DNA of 64,000 nt from Candidatus Bathyarchaeia archaeon (GTDB taxonomy: Archaea > Thermoproteota > Bathyarchaeia > Bathyarchaeales > Bathycorpusculaceae): the NCBI GenBank assembly GCA_050010755.1, contig JBEKKK010000001.1:1-64000 (forward strand), given 5' to 3'. Under the pieces are notes generated by a model. That model was not told where the DNA came from, did no database searches, and worked only from the letters and a program-made list of their open reading frames with translations. The position numbers were made by a program, and so were the translations under genes. Position 1 is the stretch's first letter; each line of letters opens with the position of its first letter. Shown here piece after piece: positions 10,394 through 20,067 of the stretch.

Positions 10394-11435
10394 TGTATAG
10401 CCTCATCTTTTGCAGGATGCTTTCTTTGTCAGCAGGTATTTCCTCTTGTTCGAATGTTTCTAGCAAGTCTATTGTTTCAGCAGTTTCCCGTGTTGGTTTG
10501 ATGGCGTACAAGATTTTCAGCAGGCCGATTAGTTTTCCAGATGCCTCGAACTTCTGGCTTAAGAATGCCAATACGTTGCTTTTGAAGCTGCTTTTCGCGA
10601 GGATTATAGGTATGGCTTCCATCAATCTAGCGTCTTCTCGAAGCAGTATTGCGGTTATTATGTATTCAATACAGAATTTCTTTCCCTGCGACAACTGAAG
10701 ACCGAATTCTCTGTACCCGAATCTATAAAGATTGTAGGTCAGGTCTAAATCGGAAAAGTCAGCAGGCTTTGTTTCCGTTTTAATGCTCCTAATTTCTGTT
10801 TTTTCTGCGACCTGCTTGATTTCGCTCCAAAAAGCTTGGGGACAGAAAAAGATGATCTTTTCGCTTAGAGCTTCTCTGAGAGGATTAATCTCGTCTGACA
10901 TTATTAGATCGTAAAAATCATCTCTGTCTATGATAAGACTGTCAATTTTCAGGTTATACTTTTTCTGCATTTTCAGCATTTGTCTGTAAAGTTGAAGCGT
11001 CTCATCATGATACTCTGGTGTTTTCTGGAGTAGAAAGAGCAATTCTGTCTTGTTGAGTTTGATGTTTTTTGTTGGATCTATGGAACTGACTGATCTTATT
11101 ATGCATGTATCATTGAAGAACTTGTCGATTTCGGTTAGGAATAACAATTGATCGCTTCTTTTTGTCAGGAAGTTCCTCTTTTTCTCTATTTCCATTTCTG
11201 CTAGTGTGTCGATCAGTAGATAGTTTGGAAAGTTCAATTTGATATTGGAGGATCGCCCTATGAGGTCTAGGCTGAGTAATCCTTCTTTCTTCAGTTCCTG
11301 AATTTTCTGATAAATGTTTGCGTAATGTGCAGTGCCGTATTTTTCTCTAATTCCGTTAGTCAACTGATTAATTGATAGAGAATCGCCCAGGTTAGAGGAT
11401 ATCGTATTCAGGATTCGAAGTGTAGGTGTATCCAT
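10383..11435 (-). CDS. wHTH-containing protein coupled to the nucleotidyltransferase (putative antitoxin or regulator)
   Basis: N-terminal SINQLT...YANIYQKIQEL..GLL..IGRS winged helix; overlaps the downstream gene by 11 nt. Confidence 0.7.
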   Translation of the reverse strand: MDTPTLRILNTISSNLGDSLSINQLTNGIREKYGTAHYANIYQKIQELKKEGLLSLDLIGRSSNIKLNFPNYLLIDTLAEMEIEKKRNFLTKRSDQLLFLTEIDKFFNDTCIIRSVSSIDPTKNIKLNKTELLFLLQKTPEYHDETLQLYRQMLKMQKKYNLKIDSLIIDRDDFYDLIMSDEINPLREALSEKIIFFCPQAFWSEIKQVAEKTEIRSIKTETKPADFSDLDLTYNLYRFGYREFGLQLSQGKKFCIEYIITAILLREDARLMEAIPIILAKSSFKSNVLAFLSQKFEASGKLIGLLKILYAIKPTRETAETIDLLETFEQEEIPADKESILQKMRLYNAV

Positions 11436-11479
11436 TATTGTTCGCCTTCACATTATAGTCGATTCACCATATATTCAAA

Positions 11480-11499
11480 TTACTATAATATTATAGTAA
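11480..11499. promoter_or_regulatory. Perfect 20-bp palindrome, likely operator of the wHTH/NTase operon
   Basis: TTACTATAATATTATAGTAA, with extra half-sites at 11452-11459 and 11504-11511. Confidence 0.7.
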
Positions 11500-11622
11500 A
11501 CATACTATAATAAAAATCTTCTGCCCATCATCTACAATTCCAATCTTGACTGCCATGCTCTTCAGAAAGCGGAAGTAGTAACGTGTGCTTTCCTACAAAA
11601 GAGCGTCTGCATCTTAGCATTT

Positions 11623-12333
11623 TTAGGATGTACTTTGTTTTTGAAGAGATATTTCGAGACTTATCTCGTCTTCTAGGATTTCACAACCTCTAAAACTGGA
11701 TTTGGAGACGAAATCTTGGATCTCGCTTTTGCTGTAAGCTGATCTCAGCAGCATACGCCGAAATATCATTTTGGTAAAGAATGAATCAAACCTGTTCAGC
11801 TTCATGCCACGTATGTACTCGTTGATGCCTGCCTTAGAGGCATCCTTACGCAAATCAATGATCAGGGCCTTACCTCCAGTCTTCAAAACCCTGAATATTT
11901 CGTCGAGCACTCTCAGGGGTTCTGGAAAATTCTTGAAAGCAGAGGTGCAGATTACGAAATCGAAAATGCCAGCGGAGAAAGGCATATAGGCTGCATCGCC
12001 CTGTCGAAATTCGATCTGCACTCCTGCCGCTCTGGCTTTCTCTTTTGCAATATTCACAAACGTCTTGCTGATGTCCAGTCCCACAATTCTGTAGTTGCCA
12101 AGCTTTGCTAGCTCGACAGATAAGTAGCCAGGACCTGACGCGACTTCGAGCACACTACTGCCCGCTTCTATCCTGTCTCTTGCCATCTTCGCCCATGATA
12201 CGTATTGTTCTACACTCTTCCGTTGGATTCTTGAATACCATCTGGCGACAAGTCCCTCCATCGCGATGCCCTTATACGGTTTCCTTCCCGGGGGCGGAAG
12301 ATTGTCTGTCGTAAAAGTGTTCCTCCTATTCAT
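11623..12333 (-). CDS. Class I SAM-dependent methyltransferase
   Basis: VLEVASGPG, GLDIS, GDA and FD.V motifs. Confidence 0.92.
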   Translation of the reverse strand: MNRRNTFTTDNLPPPGRKPYKGIAMEGLVARWYSRIQRKSVEQYVSWAKMARDRIEAGSSVLEVASGPGYLSVELAKLGNYRIVGLDISKTFVNIAKEKARAAGVQIEFRQGDAAYMPFSAGIFDFVICTSAFKNFPEPLRVLDEIFRVLKTGGKALIIDLRKDASKAGINEYIRGMKLNRFDSFFTKMIFRRMLLRSAYSKSEIQDFVSKSSFRGCEILEDEISLEISLQKQSTS

Positions 12334-12404
12334 CCGGTCTCTACAATATGTGCACTTTCAATTTTGTTCTTCAAGAAAGTGTGACTGTCACGCACGAGAC
12401 ATCA

Positions 12405-12644
12405 CTATCTTTGTTGCTCCAATATTCTCAGTCTCTCAGTTACAAAGTTATGAACCCTTTTTCTCTCCTCGTAGCTAACGTTCCAGTTGGCGAGGATGTT
12501 GAGCATCTCAGTGACGCTTCTCACGGAGAATGCCTTTCCCTTGTGAATAGTTTTTCCTCTCAGGTCCACCTCGTCCTGCAGCATGAAGAGAATATCGCGG
12601 CTGCCAAGCTTCTTTCCAATGGAAACGCACACAGCGCCCAGCAT
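12405..12644 (-). CDS. Hypothetical protein (may extend upstream to a CTG start)
   Basis: Protein-like ORF in the same orientation as its neighbours; no motif recognised. Confidence 0.4.
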   Translation of the reverse strand: MLGAVCVSIGKKLGSRDILFMLQDEVDLRGKTIHKGKAFSVRSVTEMLNILANWNVSYEERKRVHNFVTERLRILEQQR

Positions 12645-12805
12645 TTTTCCCTCGCCATTCTGAACATCCGTACAGTTAGATCTAGAATTATCAGCCTGAT
12701 TCAGCCTATAACACCCTACTTCACCCTAATAGATGAGTGAAGATTTAAACGTTACCTTCAGCACATCTCTCTTTTCTCATGGCCCTAATGCTCAAGAGTA
12801 CAAAA

Positions 12806-13367
12806 GCGCGCGCTACATGCGCAGTCTGTTCAGTGTTTTGTTGTGGTTTTTCTAGATGTGGGGGAAGAATGTTCCGGGGACTGCTACGTGGAAGAGGGCT
12901 CCGAATATGATGCTTACTATGACGAAGATTATCCATGCCAGTATGGCTATTGCCAGGGCGCGGAGCCAGCCCGTTCCAAAGCTTGCCTTATAAATCCCTA
13001 TCCAAACTAGGAGGGCCAAAATCAGCGCGATTGTGTATGCCGTTGAGCCGATTAGCGCTCCCAGCAGGTAACCCACCGTGATCAATGTGACGGCGTAAAC
13101 TATTGGGCCGAACAGCGTGGCAAGCATAGCCTCGCCAAACGTGGCTAATCCGCCCGTTACTGTCTTGGCAGCTAACCATACGGGTATTGAGACTATTATC
13201 CACAGAACTAGCAAGCCGATTATGGTTACAAGCAGACTCGTTAAACTCATGTTTCCAATAATCAGATTGCTCAATCACTTCGCCTACTAAACTACATAGA
13301 AGTGCAAATAAGTATTAAACTTGCGAAACTGCAGCGTCACAACAACAAAGCAGCTGCCATGCGCGCA
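12806..13367. repeat. Copy 2 of the ~560-bp direct repeat
   Basis: Aligns with 8301-8866; begins and ends at GCGCGC tracts. Confidence 0.9.
12852..13274 (-). CDS. Small multi-TM membrane protein, copy 2
   Basis: Paralog of 8351-8785 with the same C-terminus, HVAVPGTFFPHI. Confidence 0.85.
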   Translation of the reverse strand: MSNLIIGNMSLTSLLVTIIGLLVLWIIVSIPVWLAAKTVTGGLATFGEAMLATLFGPIVYAVTLITVGYLLGALIGSTAYTIALILALLVWIGIYKASFGTGWLRALAIAILAWIIFVIVSIIFGALFHVAVPGTFFPHI

Positions 13368-13479
13368 CATAATAGAGTGATTTTTCAGAAAACGGAAATA
13401 AAGGGGGCTCCTAGGCCAAACTTCCCAAAAGTTATATTTCTTGGTTCTTAGATGTTGGCACAAGGGGAATAGAACTAAA

Positions 13480-14322
13480 ATGTCGACGCGTGATGCTAGC
13501 TTGATTTTTGAACTCGGTTTCGTCTTGGCAATTTATGCTGCCTTCATACTGCCTTACCTGCTCTTCAAAGGCGTCTTCAACACGGTTTTCCTACAATACA
13601 TTGCCATTTCGACTCTCACATCGGCAACTGTCCTTCTCCTCTACGCGGCGTACACGAAGAAACAAGTCATGACATTCGTCCTAGTCTTCACGATAATCGG
13701 CGTGCTGCTGTTCTCAATGTCAACAATCATCACTCAATCATACATCACCACGGAAACATATCCTTCAACATATTCATCCAACTGGGGCAACAACACCGTC
13801 ACACTTGGCCCCCTAGAATCAGAAAACATCAGCATAATCCAATATCCCGCCTACATGTTTCCATTAAACGCCAACGGAACACAGCTTCAATTTACGTTTT
13901 CAAACAACGGGAGCGTAAGATTCATGCTTTACTATACAGGCGAGGAAGATGAGCAGCTCGCGTTAAACGAATCTTTCGGCAGCGGTGGATGGCCAATCGG
14001 ATTCAACTGGTTTAACATATACTGGACGCCGATAGGGCCGATAGACGAATTTGATTCTCAACCCATAAGCAGAGAAGGTTACTACCATCAAATTTCGGTC
14101 GGGCTGCAGAACCTTGAAAACTCGCCAGAACAAGTCAACCTCAACATTACCTACTTCGACTTCACCAACACAGCACAACAAAACATCACTAATTATCATC
14201 CAGTAATCGACTACCGATACGGATACTTAGGAATAGGGCTAATCATTGCAGCAATGACCATTGAGCTAGGAACCTGGAAAAGGCGACCATACAACAAACA
14301 GAGTGCGACCGCGTCCACCTAG
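13480..14322 (+). CDS. Membrane protein with extracellular domain
   Basis: Three N-terminal TM segments, an N/T/S-rich domain with N-x-S/T sequons and a C-terminal TM. Confidence 0.75.
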   Translation: MSTRDASLIFELGFVLAIYAAFILPYLLFKGVFNTVFLQYIAISTLTSATVLLLYAAYTKKQVMTFVLVFTIIGVLLFSMSTIITQSYITTETYPSTYSSNWGNNTVTLGPLESENISIIQYPAYMFPLNANGTQLQFTFSNNGSVRFMLYYTGEEDEQLALNESFGSGGWPIGFNWFNIYWTPIGPIDEFDSQPISREGYYHQISVGLQNLENSPEQVNLNITYFDFTNTAQQNITNYHPVIDYRYGYLGIGLIIAAMTIELGTWKRRPYNKQSATAST

Positions 14323-14547
14323 TGCACATGTTAACATGCCTATTCATAGATTTGCTCTTCAGAAAAGGAAATGGGGAGTTAATCTAATCACGCCCCATTC
14401 AAACAGGAGTGATTTCGAATCTGTCTCTTTTATCACACACAGAGAATTATATGTTGAGATCATCTAATGCATTGTGAAAAATGTGGTGTCGGAAGGTTAA
14501 AGTATGCGACCCAAGTGTAAATTTTATTCTTTAAAAATAATATCGAG

Positions 14548-15045
14548 GTGGATAAGGTGCCTCTAGAAGATTATCTTTTGCCTAATGAACAGATCCGTTA
14601 TCAAAGCGAGTTTGACGTATTTTACTCCGGTAAACCATACACAGTTATTCTTACAGACTTAAGATTAGTTCTTTATTCACGAAGGGGATTACTTATCAAG
14701 AATGACGATGTGGTGACTGAGGCAATAAGAGATATTCAAGGAATAAAATACAGAGAAATGGGTTTGATAGTAAAGAGCGGTGAACTTATTATCTCTGGAA
14801 AGACGAGAATGCATTTTGGCGGCTCCAAAGATTCCATGAAGGCTTTGTACCAGAGACTTTTGCCATTCTTGTCACCTGAATATCGAACTGCGCTATACCA
14901 ACAACCTCCAAGCCCTTCATATGCGCCTATTCCTCCCTCTTCATATGTGCCAGCTCCTCCCTCTTCGATGAACTGCCCAAACTGTGGTATTGAACTACCG
15001 TCAAACGCAAGGTTTTGCCACAACTGTGGAAAACAGCTTTCTTGA
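14548..15045 (+). CDS. Bacterial PH-like domain plus zinc-ribbon protein
   Basis: VILTDLRLVLY..GLL PH-like segment, Pro-rich linker, CPNCG..FCHNCG. Confidence 0.8.
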   Translation: MDKVPLEDYLLPNEQIRYQSEFDVFYSGKPYTVILTDLRLVLYSRRGLLIKNDDVVTEAIRDIQGIKYREMGLIVKSGELIISGKTRMHFGGSKDSMKALYQRLLPFLSPEYRTALYQQPPSPSYAPIPPSSYVPAPPSSMNCPNCGIELPSNARFCHNCGKQLS

Positions 15046-15067
15046 ACGAATAGTGGGCACATGACAA

Positions 15068-15580
15068 ATGCAGAAAAAACAGTTTCGAGGGTATAACTGC
15101 GACCTAACAGACTTGCAAAAGTCTGTAGAACTCTATTTTGTTGGAAGAGGTTTCAGAGTAACCAACTTTCATATGGGAAGCCTCTATTTAACACAAGCAT
15201 TCAAGAATGGACTCGGTTCTAAGAGATTGAATATTCAAATTTCAGGCACGCCCGCAGATTTTGAAGTGACAATCGGATTGGGAGAAAGAATCGATAGCAT
15301 GAAAAATCATCAACCATCATTCGAGGACATTTCAATAGCAGACAGAACTCTTATGGGAGAACTGAGATTGGAAAGCAACTTTTGGAACCATTTTACAACC
15401 AGAGCGGAACTGAGGAGAAATTGCGCTGGCATGGCTAAAACATCGATTCCGCCTTCACCTCCTATTTACAGAGAACGAGAGACGATAAGAGAAATCGAAG
15501 TCATATATTGCAGATACTGCGGAACAAAGAACAATGCCAGGTTAACTTCTTGCACTCACTGTGGTGCAAGATTGTACTGA
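15068..15580 (+). CDS. Zinc-ribbon domain protein
   Basis: C-terminal CRYCG..CTHCGA. Confidence 0.78.
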   Translation: MQKKQFRGYNCDLTDLQKSVELYFVGRGFRVTNFHMGSLYLTQAFKNGLGSKRLNIQISGTPADFEVTIGLGERIDSMKNHQPSFEDISIADRTLMGELRLESNFWNHFTTRAELRRNCAGMAKTSIPPSPPIYRERETIREIEVIYCRYCGTKNNARLTSCTHCGARLY

Positions 15581-15688
15581 ACTAGCACGCGCTTTCCCAG
15601 GAGCTTGGCACGGTGCCTGTAGCTTCGGCGATAGTGCCATCGTTACAGACAACCTTTACACAGTAAAACACAGTGAAATCAGCGTGCA

Positions 15689-16078
15689 TTAGCTTTCTGT
15701 TTTGGATGCCCATTCCTGCAGCGTCTTAATCGGATATTCTTGCCCTACAAGATGCTGGAGCGCAGAGTTGTTTCCTACACTCTCTATCCTGGCATTCTTA
15801 TCCTTAAAGAGAGATCCAATAAGATACCTCTTCTGAACGACCGCCATCTCGACCGAGATTACACCCATGCAGTTTGGACAACGAAAATAATTCCGCGAGT
15901 TATTTCTCCACCCTAACTTGACACTCAAGTTGTTCCCCAACTCCCAGAGCGAGGGTTTCCTGCACAAAGGACAAGTCGGAAAAGCCTTATCAACCCAATT
16001 TGTCACACCGCCACCAAAAACCATGTGTTCATATCTCTTAAACTCCATCTTCGAGACTTGATTAGAATCATCACTCAT
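15689..16078 (-). CDS. Hypothetical Zn-finger protein
   Basis: CPLC..CPNC; GGAG-type RBS upstream. Confidence 0.72.
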   Translation of the reverse strand: MSDDSNQVSKMEFKRYEHMVFGGGVTNWVDKAFPTCPLCRKPSLWELGNNLSVKLGWRNNSRNYFRCPNCMGVISVEMAVVQKRYLIGSLFKDKNARIESVGNNSALQHLVGQEYPIKTLQEWASKTES

Positions 16079-16357
16079 TCTCCACCCTCCGTTTGTTCTC
16101 TATCACTGTGCGGATTAAAGATTTCTCTATGCCCGTCCACGCGCGCAACTGCATGTGTGTGCTAGAGATAACAGGTTCGAAGAAAGGACAGGAGAATGGG
16201 AAGAAAGGAATGAGCAAGGTAACTAGCTAGTTTGAGTTCGAGAAAAAACCTTACCGCATAAACACAGAGACGACAGAGCGCGCGATATATTGCTTTATTC
16301 GATATATTGCCTAGTTTGTAATATCTTTCAATAGTTTAGAGAAGCTAATGTTCTAAC

Positions 16358-16678
16358 ATGAAAGTGCGCCTATGGGTCATCACATTAGCAATCATTCTTG
16401 GCGCATTGAACGTATTAGATGTTCTCACAACTAAAGCTGCTCTGAGCATGGGCTGTGAAGAAGGTAACGGGTTGGCTATTGCCCTGTTCACGACATTCGG
16501 TTTCACTATTGGCATGTTCATTAAATTCGGCGCTGTCACCATTGTTGGCTGCTCGACCATTTACTCGTATCATTCTGACTGCAGAGCACTCCGCATTATT
16601 CTGACGACTTGTCTCGTCTACGCAGTTTGTCTATACACCGCAGTTGTGTGCAATAACATCATTAACATATTGCGATGA
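16358..16678 (+). CDS. DUF5658-like membrane protein
   Basis: LNVLDVLTT..G..EGN..K..VV.NN pattern with three TM segments. Confidence 0.75.
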   Translation: MKVRLWVITLAIILGALNVLDVLTTKAALSMGCEEGNGLAIALFTTFGFTIGMFIKFGAVTIVGCSTIYSYHSDCRALRIILTTCLVYAVCLYTAVVCNNIINILR

Positions 16679-16692
16679 CAGCGCGGGACCCG

Positions 16693-16827
16693 CTAATTAT
16701 CCGCCTTTCCTTCCTTTTTTAGCATTGGCAAGTGCTTTTCGCGGTCTTCCTTATTGTGCCAAAACTTTCCGTCTTCCCAGAAGAACGCATCATGGATTCT
16801 CAGGAGCAAGGGTTTCTTTTCCGTCAT
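16693..16827 (-). CDS. Putative 44-aa small protein (not in the ORF track)
   Basis: MTEKKPLLLRIHDAFFWEDGKFWHNKEDREKHLPMLKKEGKADN; TATA-like TTAATATAA and G-rich RBS upstream. Confidence 0.45.
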   Translation of the reverse strand: MTEKKPLLLRIHDAFFWEDGKFWHNKEDREKHLPMLKKEGKADN

Positions 16828-17030
16828 TTCCAATCGCCCCATTATATTAAGACTTACGAAGCCATACTAATAAACCCTCGGTTTCCTGTCTCCTCGCCAA
16901 GTAGATTAGCCCGGCCCAATTTGTGAGGTTACATACGTTCTAGCGCGCGCTAAATAGCTTAGTCTTTAATACCTATTTCAAACAGCTTCCCCTCGCAGGT
17001 GAGAAGCATGCAAGATAAGGAGGGAACATC

Positions 17031-17789
17031 TTGTTCAATATTAATAGGCTTGAAGAGAATTGGCGCGATCTAGTCCAAATCTACCCTGATACAGTAGAAC
17101 TGCAAGGAGCAACTGTGGCTCATTGTCTCCAAACACCAGTAATTCTCTTCAATCACGTCACACACTTTAATATAACCGAAGACAGGTCTGAGATTTTTCT
17201 CAAGACGATCATCAATCATTTCTCATCAAGAAAACTTCCCTTTGCCTGTTTCCGAGTTTCTCCTTTAACACCACCATCATTCACTTCACTCCTTGAACAC
17301 CACGGGTTCGAGAAAGAGTTAGAACAGTCGATCATGACATTTGAGGGAAAACCATCGAACAACAGCCCCCAACAAAACGTAACAATTAAGGAGATAAAAG
17401 AAGACAGCATCGACGTTTTCGACAGACTGATGATCACAAATTTCGAAATGCCACCGGAATGGAAGGAGATTATGGACAAATTACTCGTTGATTTCATGCG
17501 AAAAGGAAACAGAAACTACGTGGCCTATGCAGACGGGCAACCTGTTGGAACAGTCAGCTTGTTTTCAAAAAGCAGAACGGGATGCATCCTAAACGTTTCA
17601 ACACTTAAAGAATACAGGAACCGCGGAATAGGAACAGAGCTGACGAATCACGCTCTTTCTGACTCATTCAAAGAAGGAAACAACCTCCACACACTGCAAA
17701 CCCACAAAGGAGGAGACGCAGAGAAGCTTTACCGAAAAATCGGGTTCGAAGTCGACCATACAGTCTCCTTTCTAGTCAAAAAGCTTTGA
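17031..17789 (+). CDS. GNAT acetyltransferase
   Basis: VSTLKEYRNRGIG and LYRKIGF. Confidence 0.9.
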   Translation: MFNINRLEENWRDLVQIYPDTVELQGATVAHCLQTPVILFNHVTHFNITEDRSEIFLKTIINHFSSRKLPFACFRVSPLTPPSFTSLLEHHGFEKELEQSIMTFEGKPSNNSPQQNVTIKEIKEDSIDVFDRLMITNFEMPPEWKEIMDKLLVDFMRKGNRNYVAYADGQPVGTVSLFSKSRTGCILNVSTLKEYRNRGIGTELTNHALSDSFKEGNNLHTLQTHKGGDAEKLYRKIGFEVDHTVSFLVKKL

Positions 17790-17910
17790 CACCAAACCGC
17801 GTGCATACTGCTCGCTGTACGGCGATTCTGTATTTTGCACAATTTTTAATACGCGCGCGCCAGCGGCATGCTTTATAGTGTAAGTCGACGATAGAGAGCA
17901 TCTGGTTTGA

Positions 17911-18327
17911 TTGAGCTTCAAAATAGTGAGATACCGGTCGGAATTTCAACGTGCGGTCGTTGATTTATGGAGTGAGTGTAACCTGATCGTTCCGCAGAAT
18001 GATCCTGTTGTTGATATTCAGAAAAAGGTCGATTATCAGCCTGAATTATTCTTTGTTGCATTGTTGGATGGTCACGTTGTAGGTTCTGTTATGGCTGGCT
18101 ATGAAGGGCATCGAGGCTGGTTGAATTATGTGGCTGTTCTTCCCGACTATCAGGATCAAGGATATGGCAGGAAGCTTGTAGAAAAAGCCGTTGCTGAACT
18201 GAAGAAAATAGGTTGTTTGAAGGTTAATCTGGAGGTTCGAAAAAGCAATAGTTCTGTGATTGATTTCTACTTGCATCTTGGGTTCAAAGACAACAAGATC
18301 GTCGGTTTAGGCAAGAGGCTTGGATGA
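17911..18327 (+). CDS. GNAT acetyltransferase (YpeA-like)
   Basis: VGSVMAGYEGHRGWLNY and YQDQGYG. Confidence 0.92.
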   Translation: MSFKIVRYRSEFQRAVVDLWSECNLIVPQNDPVVDIQKKVDYQPELFFVALLDGHVVGSVMAGYEGHRGWLNYVAVLPDYQDQGYGRKLVEKAVAELKKIGCLKVNLEVRKSNSSVIDFYLHLGFKDNKIVGLGKRLG

Positions 18328-18474
18328 AAGTATTGAGCGCTCCTTAGTGGAAGTCCTGGCGACCTGTAATCTAGCGCGCTCTAATTTACTAATGCCAACA
18401 TTATGCACCATTTTTCCAACAATCCATCTTGATAGACAGAACCAAAAGCTCCAGCATACATAATCAGGTGTGGG

Positions 18475-19083
18475 GTGATTTGTGTGAGACGATTGGACAT
18501 AGCTTTCAAGCTTCTTCAAATCATTGCGTTAACGATGGTTGCATTTTCGATTTTTCTGCCATGGGTTTCGGAAAGCGGCGTAAGTCCCCTCGCAATATAT
18601 CCCCCACTAGTGGTGAATATCAAGTATTGGACTTACCAAAGCGTCACAAACACGAATGGATATACAACCGTATCCACATTTCAAGGATACTGGCAATCTG
18701 CATCTGATTTCAGACATTCTTACGCGTCCAAAGTATGGTTTCTAATGTTTGTGCTGCAGATTCTCACCATCGCGTTAGAGTCTCTCAGTGTTGTGAGAGA
18801 AAACGTGAAGAGGCACTCGATACTTTTTGTTGGCGCCATCTTAACGTTGAGTGCTATCCTGATTCTAGGCTTTCGCCAGTTCAATTCGATATCTCAGGAC
18901 CAAGGCCTAAACTATCATCAAGCAAGCATCGAGATAGGTTTCTGGTTGGCATTATTCTCGCTGATACTGATCGTGACGGCGGCTACCCTGACTACAACAA
19001 CGAGTGCCAGAGCATCATCAAAAATCGACCAAGAGCCCCGAGCGCGCGGCCTTTTATCTTCCAAACAAAAAGTGTGGGTTTGA
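18475..19083 (+). CDS. Hypothetical 4-TM membrane protein
   Basis: FLPW after TM1 and GFWLAL in the last TM. Confidence 0.75.
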   Translation: MICVRRLDIAFKLLQIIALTMVAFSIFLPWVSESGVSPLAIYPPLVVNIKYWTYQSVTNTNGYTTVSTFQGYWQSASDFRHSYASKVWFLMFVLQILTIALESLSVVRENVKRHSILFVGAILTLSAILILGFRQFNSISQDQGLNYHQASIEIGFWLALFSLILIVTAATLTTTTSARASSKIDQEPRARGLLSSKQKVWV

Positions 19084-19163
19084 CGCGCCAGATTGAACTG
19101 ATGTTTTAATTTAAAGAAAAACTTAATTAGTAATGCTGCGAGAGCTAATTCAGGGGAAGGATT

Positions 19164-19862
19164 ATGAAGCGTGTAAGTTTCATTATAGCTCTTTCAGTAG
19201 CCCTCTTGGCAATCATTCTGGTTGGCGCATATTCTGCTATTCTCGGATCCCATATTTTGGGTACTGAGACAAAAGCTGATATCGACATGCAACTTGTTTA
19301 CGCCAACTTTTGGACCTCGAATCTAGACAATAACCCAAACCTTTCCACTGGCTTAACTTCGTATATTGCAGTGATTAAAATCACAAATCACGCCTCAGAA
19401 ACGGCATATATTACTGATGTAACCGTCGACGCTGCTCAAAATGTCACTGTTTATCCTTCCAGTGCAAATATGACTAATAATTCTCCCAGCATAAATGTGT
19501 CGCATGATTCATCCCATGTTTTCTCAGGAATATCCATCCTGCTGGAGAGCGCCTCCTTGGATGACCAACGAGATGGTCTACAGTTGCAAGTAGAACCCGG
19601 AAGCTACCGACTAGTTGCTGTAACAGGCGTCACCACCAGACCAGACGTTCTCGGAAGCAGAGAATTATTCTTGAAAGCCAACGCAGAACCAGCCTACGTT
19701 AAAGGAGAACCTCTAGGAATATATGACATCCAAGACCTTTCCACTTTCCAACAAACCAGCAACGGCATTCTATACAATACGTTATTAGCAGGAAAACAAA
19801 CGCTCTCAATCAACGGACTCGACGCCTCGATAAATTATCCTGTGTCGATAAATGATCCTTAA
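19164..19862 (+). CDS. Secreted or membrane-anchored hypothetical protein
   Basis: N-terminal signal/TM; shares motifs with 20068-20823. Confidence 0.78.
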   Translation: MKRVSFIIALSVALLAIILVGAYSAILGSHILGTETKADIDMQLVYANFWTSNLDNNPNLSTGLTSYIAVIKITNHASETAYITDVTVDAAQNVTVYPSSANMTNNSPSINVSHDSSHVFSGISILLESASLDDQRDGLQLQVEPGSYRLVAVTGVTTRPDVLGSRELFLKANAEPAYVKGEPLGIYDIQDLSTFQQTSNGILYNTLLAGKQTLSINGLDASINYPVSINDP

Positions 19863-20067
19863 GCTTCTCACAATTACACATCGCCCCTATTCGCCTGGCC
19901 CGTGGGAGTATTAAGCAAAACCTTACGTAAGCTTTCATTCTTGAATCCAACAAGGCGGTTGCTAGCCCGCGTTGTGCAGTTTTAGGTGTTCTTTTGAGGG
20001 AACGCAGTGTTCTCCAGTGAGAGTTATTAAGTCAAAATGCTCCATCCGATAGTAGGAGACTGACAGT

